Assembly (NCBI GenBank): GCA_963827235.1
Contig: CAWHAE010000018.1
Location: 64,001-128,000 of the forward strand
Length of the DNA stretch: 64,000 bases
Direction of reading: 5' to 3'
Source of the DNA: an uncultured bacterium
GTDB taxonomy: Bacteria; Chloroflexota; UBA5177; JANWHV01
A model generated the notes under the pieces. The model was not told the origin of the DNA. It searched no databases and was given only the letters and a program-made list of their open reading frames with translations. Both the position numbers and the translations under genes were made by a program. This document shows positions 31,522 to 39,563 of the stretch, piece by piece. Within the stretch, counting starts at the first letter, position 1. Every line of letters starts with the position of its first letter.

Positions 31522-31980
31522 TCAGACCGCCGCCATCGCTGCGGCCGGCACGGCCACCGCTACCTCGTCCTCGACCAGGCTGAACGACGTGCGAATCGCG
31601 GCCATGCCGCGGATGGTCGCGGCGACGGAGCAGTACTTGTTCAGCGAAAGGTCGATGGCCCGCTCGACCGCCTGGGCATTGAGCCGGCGGCCCCGCACCT
31701 CATAGTGCAGGTGAATGTCGGTAAATGCCCAAGGCGGATCGGCCCGCTGCTCGCCGGTCGCCGAGATGCGCAACCCGCTGAACGCCTGCCGCTTCTTATG
31801 CAGGATGTCGACGGTGTCAACCGCCGTGCAGCCGGCGAGCGCCACGAGCAAGAGCTCGCTCGGCTTGAACCCCTGCCATGCCTCGCGGCCGGCAGGCGCA
31901 TCGAGCACGATGCTGTGCCCGCCGCTGCCGGAGCCGACGAACTGCTGTCCCTGTACCCACGTGATACTGACTTCGCCCAT
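31522..31980 (-). CDS. OsmC/YhfA-like peroxiredoxin
   Basis: PSELLLVALAGCTAVD..ILHKKRQ..SLNKYCSV. Confidence 0.9.
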   Translation of the reverse strand: MGEVSITWVQGQQFVGSGSGGHSIVLDAPAGREAWQGFKPSELLLVALAGCTAVDTVDILHKKRQAFSGLRISATGEQRADPPWAFTDIHLHYEVRGRRLNAQAVERAIDLSLNKYCSVAATIRGMAAIRTSFSLVEDEVAVAVPAAAMAAV

Positions 31981-32041
31981 TGCTTTGAATCTCCTGAATA
32001 TCGTGCAGCTGGCTGTGCGCTCCCGGCGCCCTTACATGTCC

Positions 32042-32071
32042 AGTATATTCCATACCTGGGTAGGGTATCAA
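32042..32071 (-). promoter_or_regulatory. sigma70 promoter of osmC-rhodanese with an embedded CsoR/CstR-type operator
   Basis: Minus strand TTGATA-N18-TATACT. ATACC-tgggtag-GGTAT inverted repeat at 32052-32068. Confidence 0.65.
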
Positions 32072-32144
32072 GCCCATATGAGTGAGCCCAGTCTCGCGCG
32101 GGAAAGCAGCGATGCACCTCGTCGCGGTGCGCCGGGCGAACGGC

Positions 32145-32621
32145 TCAGATGAACAGATTGACGTTTGCCTCGTCCGCTTCGCCCAGGTAGGTCGCCACGC
32201 CCGCGAACTCGAGGCCGTCGATAAGCTCCTCCTCCTTGAGGCCCATGACGTCCATGGACATGGTGCAGGCAACCAGCTTTATACCTTGCTCCTTGGCCGT
32301 GGCCAGCAGCTCCTCCAGCGAGGAGACGTTCTGCCCCTTCATCACCTTCTTCATCATCATGGCGCCCATGCCGCCATAGTTCATCTTCGAGAGACCGAGA
32401 CGCCTGGGGCCGCGGGGCATCATCATGCCGAACATGGCCTGCAGGAAGCTCTTCTTTGCCTTCACCTTCTGGCTCTTGCGCAGGATGTTCAGGCCCCAGA
32501 ACGTGAAGAACATGGTCACTTCATCGCCCATGGCGGCGGCGCCGTTGGCGATGATGAATGCCGCCAGCGCGCGGTCCAAATCCCCGCTAAAGACAATCAG
32601 CGTTTTCTTGTCGGTGCGCAC
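32145..32621 (-). CDS. DsrE2-like (DsrE/F/DrsE_2) sulfur-relay protein
   Basis: GTG after AAGGAGG. IVFSGDLDRALAAFIIANGAAAMG..MFFTFWGL..LVACTMSMDVMG..AGVATYL..NLFI. Confidence 0.92.
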   Translation of the reverse strand: MRTDKKTLIVFSGDLDRALAAFIIANGAAAMGDEVTMFFTFWGLNILRKSQKVKAKKSFLQAMFGMMMPRGPRRLGLSKMNYGGMGAMMMKKVMKGQNVSSLEELLATAKEQGIKLVACTMSMDVMGLKEEELIDGLEFAGVATYLGEADEANVNLFI

Positions 32622-32650
32622 CGTATCCTCCTTCTCCGATTTCGCGACGT

Positions 32651-33610
32651 CTAGGCGCTGTAAGCGCGCCGGAGATACTCCGAGATGTCCGTGATTCTCA
32701 TGCTCTGGCCGGCCGCCTTCCGCAGATTGACCAGGCAGAGCGGGCACATGGTCACTGCTTCCGGAGCTGCCCGGCGAAGCTGCTCCACCCGCTTCTGCGC
32801 CGTGGCCGCCGCCTTGCCCGGGTACAGTGACTCGAGCGGGCCGCCGCAGCACCAGGTGAAGCGCCGGCTGTTCTCCGGCTCCACAACCGCCGCTCCTGCC
32901 TGCTCGAGCAGCCGTCGAGGCTCGTCGATGACGCCTTCATAGCGGGCGAACACGCACGAGTCGTGCAGCACCATGCTCGCGTTCAGCGGCGAGCGTACGG
33001 CCGGTGCTCGCTCGGCAAGCACCTCCAGGTAGCTGCGCACGCGCACGTCGTAGACCGGCACGAGGCGCGGATACACCGATCGCAGCATGGTGGTCGTGTG
33101 CGGATCGACGGTGATCACGTTTCTCACCCCGTACCGCTTGAACAGGCGGGCGATCCGGCGGGCCTGTACGCGCACCGCCGCGTCGACTCCGAGATCGTGG
33201 ACCAGGGCTCCCGAGTACAGCTCTTCCTCGTAGAGATAGCCGAAGGTGACGCCGGCCGCGCGGAGCAGCCGCGCCACGTTCACGAGCACGTCGTCGTGCG
33301 CTTCACGGCTGCGAGCCGGCGGGCGCCCCATGAACGCCGCGACATTCACGAACCGGTTTATCCGTCTGCCCAGTGGCGTGAGGCCCGCCAGCGGCGACCC
33401 GCCGAGCCGCTCCTGCAGAGCGACCATGTGCTCGATATAGGGGATGAGCTGGTACATCAGGCCGGTGTACAGCACTGTCTCTCCGCCGCGCGGCAGATCG
33501 AGGCCGTGGGCCCATCTTGTGGCGCTTCGCCCGGAAATAGGCATCACGGACTTGCGCAGGCGCAGGTTGTCCGCCAGGATGCCTATGACGTCGCCCTTTT
33601 CCAGTGGCAT
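32651..33610 (-). CDS. HdrB/HdrD-like CCG-domain Fe-S protein (one intact CCG domain)
   Basis: C-terminal HDSC..CCGG..CPLC. The N-terminal domain is Cys-less (YTG..ELYSG..VDPH). Confidence 0.85.
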   Translation of the reverse strand: MPLEKGDVIGILADNLRLRKSVMPISGRSATRWAHGLDLPRGGETVLYTGLMYQLIPYIEHMVALQERLGGSPLAGLTPLGRRINRFVNVAAFMGRPPARSREAHDDVLVNVARLLRAAGVTFGYLYEEELYSGALVHDLGVDAAVRVQARRIARLFKRYGVRNVITVDPHTTTMLRSVYPRLVPVYDVRVRSYLEVLAERAPAVRSPLNASMVLHDSCVFARYEGVIDEPRRLLEQAGAAVVEPENSRRFTWCCGGPLESLYPGKAAATAQKRVEQLRRAAPEAVTMCPLCLVNLRKAAGQSMRITDISEYLRRAYSA

Positions 33611-33619
33611 GGCGCTCTC

Positions 33620-33928
33620 CTATACCGAAAAGACCGCGCGGTTGACGAAGCGTCGCAGCACGCGCACGTTCTCCGCGATGTGCACGCCGGCCGGGCAGTT
33701 GGCCTCGCAAAGCTTGCACAGCAGGCAGGAGTACACTGCTTCGTCTTCCTGCAGCACCTTGTCCTCCATGCCGAGCAACACGTAGCGGAACAGCTTGCGC
33801 GGCAGCACCGCGATACCCATGGGGCACACGGCACTGCACACGCCGCAGTTCATGCACGCCGATGCGTTGAACTCGGCGGACCTGCTGCCGACCCTCTCCG
33901 CGAGGTCCGGACGCAGAAGCACGGTCAT
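33620..33928 (-). CDS. HdrC-like 2x[4Fe-4S] protein
   Basis: CMNCGVCSAVCP and CLLCKLCEANCP. Confidence 0.88.
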   Translation of the reverse strand: MTVLLRPDLAERVGSRSAEFNASACMNCGVCSAVCPMGIAVLPRKLFRYVLLGMEDKVLQEDEAVYSCLLCKLCEANCPAGVHIAENVRVLRRFVNRAVFSV

Positions 33929-34173
33929 GTCTCCTCCCTGTTCAGAGCGCGGTACTGGTAGTAGCCCTCGTCGGTGGGCTCCGCGAGCGGCACGACGTAG
34001 CCGTACTTGCGCATGCCCATCATCCAGAACATCACCTCGCCTGCCGGCCGTCCCACGACCGCCGCGACCTCGGGCACGGTAAGTGGCCCATCCTGTAGAG
34101 CCTGCAGTATGGGACGGCGCATCAGGTGCTCGTCCCGGATGACCTCGCGCATGTCCCGGATTTCGGCGCTCAT
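33925..34173 (-). CDS. Small winged-helix-like protein (82 aa) inside the Hdr cluster
   Basis: ATG 34173 overlaps the hdrA stop (ATGA). ILQALQDGPLTVPEVAAVVG..VMFWMMGMRKYG..YYQY. Confidence 0.8.
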   Translation of the reverse strand: MSAEIRDMREVIRDEHLMRRPILQALQDGPLTVPEVAAVVGRPAGEVMFWMMGMRKYGYVVPLAEPTDEGYYQYRALNREET

Positions 34174-35906
34174 GACGCCACCCCTGCCAGCAAGCCGTCT
34201 ATCATCCCTTTGACCTGTCCGTCCGTGTATCCCTGAAGGTCGATGGCGTCCAGCGGGCACATGGGGACGCAGCCGCCGCAGCCCTTGCAGCCGGCCTGAT
34301 CGATGACGGCGGTTTCCTTGCCGTCCACGACCGCCATGCTGATCGCCGCGTACGGGCAGCCATCGCGGCACTTTCCGCACCAGGCGCAGGCGTCGGCATT
34401 GACCCTGGCCACCTGCGGATCGAGCTGGGCCACGCGCTTCATGAGCACGGCGGCGCTCTGACTCACCGCGGCAAGGCCCGACGCCACGCTTTCCGCCGAG
34501 TTCTTCGGTCCCTGGCAGGCGCCGCACACGTAGACGCCGTCGACCACCGTCTCCACCGGCCGCAGCTTGGGGTGGATTTCGTTGAAGAATCCGTCCGTGC
34601 CCACCGGCAGCTTGAGCACCTTGACCAGATCCTCGACCGGCCGGGGCACCATGCCGGTGACCAACACCGCCAGATCGGCGCCGATCGCGACCTCCTCGCC
34701 GTCGCTGAGCAGATCGCGCACGGTCACGACCAAGCCGCCGGAGCCGTCGCGCTCCACAGTTGGCGGCGCCTGGTCAGCGAACTTGAGGTACAGCGACCCC
34801 TTCTCGCGCGACTCGGCGAACATCGTCTCGTACCGCCCGTACGTACGCATGTCGCGGTACAGATGATACTGGTGCGCTCCGGCGTCCCTGGACGCCACCT
34901 CGAGCGACGCGTGTACGGCGGCGGCGCAGCAATATCGGGAGCAGTAGGAATGCCCGTGATTCGTTCCGGCTTCCTGCCTGCTGCCCACGCAGTAGATATA
35001 GGCGACGCTTCGCACCGGCCTGCCGCGATAGATCGGCGGGCCGGATGATGCGTCGAGCATTCTCTTGAATTCGGGCAGAGTGAGCACGCCGTCGACGCCG
35101 TAGCCGAGCTCGCCGATCTCCGGCTGGTAAGTATCGAATCCGGTTGCCACGATGATGGCACCCACCTGCACGTGAATCGTGTCCGGCCTTTCGCCGTTCA
35201 GGCGAATGCCGGCCTGGTAGTTGCCGAAGCTGCCCGACTTGCTCACCAGCTCGGCGGCGGTGAATATCGTGACCTCCGGCCGCCGGCGCACGGCGTCCAT
35301 CAGCCTTTCGACCAGCTCACGGCCGTTCTTGCCGTGCGGATACATGCCGGCGAAGCCGCCGACCCAACCACCCAGCCGCTCTGCCTTTTCCACCAGGTAG
35401 ACCGCCAGGCCGAGTTCGGCCAGGGCCAAGGCCGCACGCAGTCCGGCAATGCCGCCGCCGATCACCACCGCGCCAGGCACCGTCTCCACGGAAAGCGGCT
35501 CCAGCGGCGTGCTGAGACGCGTGCGGCCGACCCCGCCGCGCACCAGCCTCGCCGCCTTGATCGTGGCCCCGGCCTTGTCGTCGGTGTGAGCCCACGAGCA
35601 CTGCTCGCGAATGTTCACCTGCGTGTACTGGTACGGATTCAGTCCGGCCCGCCGCGCTACCTCCCGGAAGGTCGTGGTGTGCAGCTTGGGCGAGCACGAG
35701 GCAACCACGATGCCGTCGAGATGCTGCTCCTGAATGTCGCGCACGATGTCCTGTTGCGTGGCATCGGAGCAGGTGAACATCGCCGTGCGGGCCACCGTCA
35801 CCCCCGGCTCACCCTGCACCTCTGCCACCACGCGCTCCACGTCGACGTAGTCCGAGATGTTCCCGCCGCAGTGGCAAATATAGACGCCGATTCTCCGCTC
35901 GCTCAT
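34170..35906 (-). CDS. hdrA: Heterodisulfide reductase subunit A-like flavoprotein
   Basis: RIGVYICHCGGNI, ASCSP, NIREQCSW, VIGGGIAG, YCVGSR..CSRYCC, HPKLRPVET..GACQGPK, and a C-terminal 2x[4Fe-4S]. Confidence 0.92.
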   Translation of the reverse strand: MSERRIGVYICHCGGNISDYVDVERVVAEVQGEPGVTVARTAMFTCSDATQQDIVRDIQEQHLDGIVVASCSPKLHTTTFREVARRAGLNPYQYTQVNIREQCSWAHTDDKAGATIKAARLVRGGVGRTRLSTPLEPLSVETVPGAVVIGGGIAGLRAALALAELGLAVYLVEKAERLGGWVGGFAGMYPHGKNGRELVERLMDAVRRRPEVTIFTAAELVSKSGSFGNYQAGIRLNGERPDTIHVQVGAIIVATGFDTYQPEIGELGYGVDGVLTLPEFKRMLDASSGPPIYRGRPVRSVAYIYCVGSRQEAGTNHGHSYCSRYCCAAAVHASLEVASRDAGAHQYHLYRDMRTYGRYETMFAESREKGSLYLKFADQAPPTVERDGSGGLVVTVRDLLSDGEEVAIGADLAVLVTGMVPRPVEDLVKVLKLPVGTDGFFNEIHPKLRPVETVVDGVYVCGACQGPKNSAESVASGLAAVSQSAAVLMKRVAQLDPQVARVNADACAWCGKCRDGCPYAAISMAVVDGKETAVIDQAGCKGCGGCVPMCPLDAIDLQGYTDGQVKGMIDGLLAGVAS

Positions 35907-38602
35907 ACAGGTATCCTGGCTTTTTCTAGGTGCGCCGCGGCCTGTGCTACCGCGGCTCCCGCGTGCAGAATGGAGTCGGGGATGTCCTTTGCCCCGGAGG
36001 CCGCGCCGGCCACGAACACGCCGGGCATGCCCGTCCAGCCGGGGTTCATGTCCTCGTCGGGCTCGTCTATGTACCCGTAACGATCGGGCTTCAGCTCGCC
36101 GTCCGGGAAGATCTGCCGTGGGTCCAGGTTGGGCTGAACGCCCACAGCCAGCACCACGAGGTCGTACTCGGCCTCGGTGACGACGCCCCCGTGGTCGACG
36201 TCCTCGTAATGGAGAATCAGGTTGCCGTCGTCCTTCTCCGTAATCCCGGAGACGCGGCCCTTGACGAACGCGGCGCCCATCGCACTGGCCTGCTGGTAAA
36301 ACTCGTCGTAGCCTTTGCCCACGGCGCGCATGTCGACGTAGTGCACGGTGACGTCGGCAAGCGGCAGCGCACCCATGATCAGTTGGTTCTGCTTGATCGA
36401 GTACATGCAGCAGATCTTGGAGCAAAGGGGGTTCTCGACCGTCAAGTCGCGAGAGCCGGTGCACATGACGAAGGCGATGCGGTCCGGGACCTTGCCGTCG
36501 CCCGGGCGTAGCACCGTGTTGTACGGGCGGGTAGGCGCCAGCAGGCGGTCCATCTGCATGCCCGTGATCACGTTCTTGTACTTGCCGTAGCCGTATTGGG
36601 GCTTGAGGTCGGCAGGAAACAGCTTGAACCCGGTGGAGATAATCACCGCGCCTACCTCGGCCTCGATGTGCCTATCACCCATGCCCAGGTCGATGGCTCC
36701 GGCCGGGCAGGCGTGCACGCACTCGTGGCACTCCGAGCAGACGCCGCAGTCCAGGCATCGCCCGGCGCCGTAGCGCGCCTCGTCTTCGGAGAGCGGCGGC
36801 TCGATCTCCGCGAAATCCGCCGGGCCGGCACTGAGAGCCTTGGGCGCCGGCAGAGGATCGCGGCGCTCGTAGTGCTGCTGGCGGCCGATCACCTCGCCCT
36901 TCTCGATCGGGGGCAGCGAAGGCTCGCGACCGGCCGCTTTGAGATCCTCGCCGCGCAGCCAGCAGTCAATCATGGTAGCAGCGCGCCGGCCTTCGCCGGC
37001 GGCCTGCGTGATCATGGACGGCCCCGACACCACGTCGCCGGCCGCGAAGATGTAGGGCACTTCCGTCTGCAGCGTACGCGGGTTCGCCTGCACGGTGCCG
37101 TTGCGATTGACCGGCAGCGCGGGAGTGAAGGCGCCGCCCTCCGCCAGCATGCCGATCGCCAGGATAACGGCGTCACACGCAAGGTCCTCGCGGGCCGTCT
37201 CGTCGTACTGGGGACTGAATCTGCCCGAGGCATCGAAGACGGCTGTGCAGCGCTGCAGCTCCAGTCCCCGCACGGTTCCGTGTCCGTGGAACCGCCTGAC
37301 GCCCCACGAATGGTGGGGCACGATGCCCTCGGCAAGGGCTTCCTCGACCTCGAACGCGTGCGCGGGCATCTCAGGGCGCGTTTCCAGGCTGACCAGGTGC
37401 ACCGCGCTCGCCCCCAGGCGCCGGGCCGAGCGTGCGGCGTCGATGGCGACGTTGCCGCCGCCAATCACGGCCACGGTCTTGCCCGTCAGGTCGTCCGGCT
37501 GGCCCAGCTTGAGCGCCCGCAAGAAGGCCAGCGCACTGCCGATTCCGGCTTGATCGGCGCCCGGCACCTTGAGGTCGACGGCCTTGTGCGTGCCCGTTGC
37601 CAAAAGGATCGCGTCGTACCCGTCTTGCCTGAGCTCCTCGAGGTTCTCGACCCGCGTGCCCGTCGCCACCTCGATTCCCAATGCCGTCACATTGTCCACG
37701 TCCTGATCGACGACGGCGTTCGGCAGCCGATACTCGGGGATGGCCAGGCGCAGCATGCCGCCCGGACGGGGCGCCGCCTCGAACAGCTTCACACGGTAGC
37801 CCAGTCGCGCTAGTTGCCACGCCGCCGTCAGCCCGGCCGGTCCCGAGCCCACCACGGCCACCGACTTGCCGTTCGGAGCCTGAACAGGTATCCTCTTGCC
37901 GCTGTCGGAGGCGTAATGCGTGTCGGCGACGAACCGCTTGAGCCTGCGAATCGGCACCGGCCCCTCCAGGCTGCCCCGGCTGCAGGCCCCTTCGCAGGGA
38001 GCGTAGCATGCTCGACCGAGACTCCCGACCAGAGGGGTGGCCTCCGCCACGAGAGCGAACGCTTCCTCGTACTTGCCGCTGCGTACCAGCGCCACGTAGC
38101 CGTGGGCCTTGATGCCGGCAGGGCAGTCGAACGTGCAGGGCGACGTGCCTGCTCTCTCGATCACCGCTTTCTTTGGCACGGCCTGCGGGAAGGCAATGTA
38201 GGCCGCCCGGCGAGAGACCATATCGGCATTGAACTGGTCCGGCACGGCAACGCTGCAGACCATCTCACAGTCCCGGCAGCCCGTGCATAGGGCGTCGTCG
38301 ACATAGCGCGCCTTCTGCCGTACGCTTGCCATGAAGCGGCCGCTGCCGTCCCGGCGAATGTGCTCGACCTCGGTGTAGGTCAGCACCGTCACGTTCGGAT
38401 GATGAATGGTGGCACCCATCTTGGGTGTGGAGATGCAGCTCGCGCAGTCCAGCGTGGGGAACACTTTGCTGAGCAGAATCATCCTGCCGCCCACGCTGGC
38501 TTCCCTCTCCACGAGCAGCACCTTGTAGCCCATGTCGCCGAGCTTCAGCGCGGACTCCATACCGCCTATGCCGGCACCGACCACCAGCGCGTCGTAGTCC
38601 AT
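35903..38602 (-). CDS. HdrL-type protein: HdrA core with an inserted GltD-like NAD(P)H-binding flavin module
   Basis: VVGAGIGG..KVFPTLDCASC, CTGCRDCEMVC, SPCTFDCP..GRACYAPCEGAC, VGSGPAG, IGGGNVAIDAAR, RCLDCGVCSEC..CP, CTGSRD..CSKICCMYSIK, GAKDIPDS. Confidence 0.9.
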   Translation of the reverse strand: MDYDALVVGAGIGGMESALKLGDMGYKVLLVEREASVGGRMILLSKVFPTLDCASCISTPKMGATIHHPNVTVLTYTEVEHIRRDGSGRFMASVRQKARYVDDALCTGCRDCEMVCSVAVPDQFNADMVSRRAAYIAFPQAVPKKAVIERAGTSPCTFDCPAGIKAHGYVALVRSGKYEEAFALVAEATPLVGSLGRACYAPCEGACSRGSLEGPVPIRRLKRFVADTHYASDSGKRIPVQAPNGKSVAVVGSGPAGLTAAWQLARLGYRVKLFEAAPRPGGMLRLAIPEYRLPNAVVDQDVDNVTALGIEVATGTRVENLEELRQDGYDAILLATGTHKAVDLKVPGADQAGIGSALAFLRALKLGQPDDLTGKTVAVIGGGNVAIDAARSARRLGASAVHLVSLETRPEMPAHAFEVEEALAEGIVPHHSWGVRRFHGHGTVRGLELQRCTAVFDASGRFSPQYDETAREDLACDAVILAIGMLAEGGAFTPALPVNRNGTVQANPRTLQTEVPYIFAAGDVVSGPSMITQAAGEGRRAATMIDCWLRGEDLKAAGREPSLPPIEKGEVIGRQQHYERRDPLPAPKALSAGPADFAEIEPPLSEDEARYGAGRCLDCGVCSECHECVHACPAGAIDLGMGDRHIEAEVGAVIISTGFKLFPADLKPQYGYGKYKNVITGMQMDRLLAPTRPYNTVLRPGDGKVPDRIAFVMCTGSRDLTVENPLCSKICCMYSIKQNQLIMGALPLADVTVHYVDMRAVGKGYDEFYQQASAMGAAFVKGRVSGITEKDDGNLILHYEDVDHGGVVTEAEYDLVVLAVGVQPNLDPRQIFPDGELKPDRYGYIDEPDEDMNPGWTGMPGVFVAGAASGAKDIPDSILHAGAAVAQAAAHLEKARIPV

Positions 38603-38605
38603 CGC

Positions 38606-39034
38606 CTATTCCTCCTTGGACGGCGCCAGCACGGCGAGCGAATCAGAGAAGTCGCGCATGTAGCTGGTGAACGGCTCCGCGCAGACCGAGCAGATGGCAC
38701 CCATGCGCACGCGCCCAGGATCCAGCCCGTGGTCCCGCAGCAGCGTCTGCGCCTCGGCAATGATACGCGCTGCGCGCTCCGAGCAATCCGGCAGGTACGC
38801 GCACTCGTCGCCGTCGGCGGCAATGAACACTCCATCGCAGCCGTGTTGCAGCGCATACAGCACCCAGGCCGGCTTGATGCCGCTCGTGCATGGCAGGCTA
38901 AGCACCATTACGTTCGGCGAATAGTGCAGATGGGAGCTGCCCGCAAGGTCGATGCCGGGGTCCGAAATGTTGTTGGTCGAGAAGACGAGGATCTTGGGAT
39001 CCGGGGCGGCAGTGGCGTGGAATGGGACGGCCAC
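38606..39034 (-). CDS. mvhD: MvhD/FlpD-like iron-sulfur subunit (variant Cys pattern)
   Basis: PKILVF..DLAG..YSPNV..LPCTSGI..ALQHGCDGVFIA..EC..GLDPGRVRM..ICSVC. GTG start. Confidence 0.85.
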   Translation of the reverse strand: MAVPFHATAAPDPKILVFSTNNISDPGIDLAGSSHLHYSPNVMVLSLPCTSGIKPAWVLYALQHGCDGVFIAADGDECAYLPDCSERAARIIAEAQTLLRDHGLDPGRVRMGAICSVCAEPFTSYMRDFSDSLAVLAPSKEE

Positions 39035-39289
39035 TTACTTCAGCTTCTTGACATAGAGCTTCCAGCTGCCGGCGTCTTCGACTACGCCCAGGAACTCGTG
39101 GCCCATCTTCTTGGCCCAGGCGGGGAGATCCTTCTGCGTGCCCCGGTCGGTCGCCAGAACCTCCATGATCTGCCCGACCTTGACCTCGGCAATGCCCTTC
39201 TTGGCTGCCAGGATCGGCCCCGGGCACGAGGTCCCGCGCGCGTCCACTACCTTGTCGACGTGAATGTTCTGCAGCATGTCCGTGGCCAT
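39035..39289 (-). CDS. tusA: TusA family sulfur carrier
   Basis: VDARGTSCPGPIL..EVLATD.G..DLPAWAKKMGHE. GGGAG RBS. Confidence 0.93.
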   Translation of the reverse strand: MATDMLQNIHVDKVVDARGTSCPGPILAAKKGIAEVKVGQIMEVLATDRGTQKDLPAWAKKMGHEFLGVVEDAGSWKLYVKKLK

Positions 39290-39373
39290 CTCGTCTCACT
39301 CCCTATCGTCGGCTGCCCGAGCGGGCATTTCGCATTGGTACTGAGGATCGACGGTCACATGATGCGCCCAGGG

Positions 39374-39388
39374 TACCGTACCCGGGTA
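39374..39388. promoter_or_regulatory. Second CsoR/CstR-type operator candidate upstream of tusA
   Basis: TACC-gtacccg-GGTA. Its reverse complement matches the site at 32053-32067 at 13 of 15 positions. Confidence 0.5.
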
Positions 39389-39563
39389 GGGCCAAAGGCA
39401 ACGAGTCGGCGGGCCGTTGGTCCCGACTGCGACGCGGCTCCGAGCAATCGGCGAAGCAGGCTGGACAGGGCCGTCCCCGCCTCGCGGGCAGCGAGCCTGG
39501 GACCGTTAGGCGCGCAGACGGCGGCGGAGCCTCGGGCAGGGCGAAGACGCGGACATTCGGCGC

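Noticed and set aside
32145-39289. Selenocysteine readthrough in Hdr/MvhD/DsrE genes
   Set aside because: The ORFs are continuous, with no in-frame TGA at Cys positions.
30524-39289. Calling the cluster methanogen Hdr, QmoABC or canonical sHdr
   Set aside because: No methanogenesis, apr, membrane QmoC or lbpA genes are in the window, and subunit order and cysteine patterns differ.
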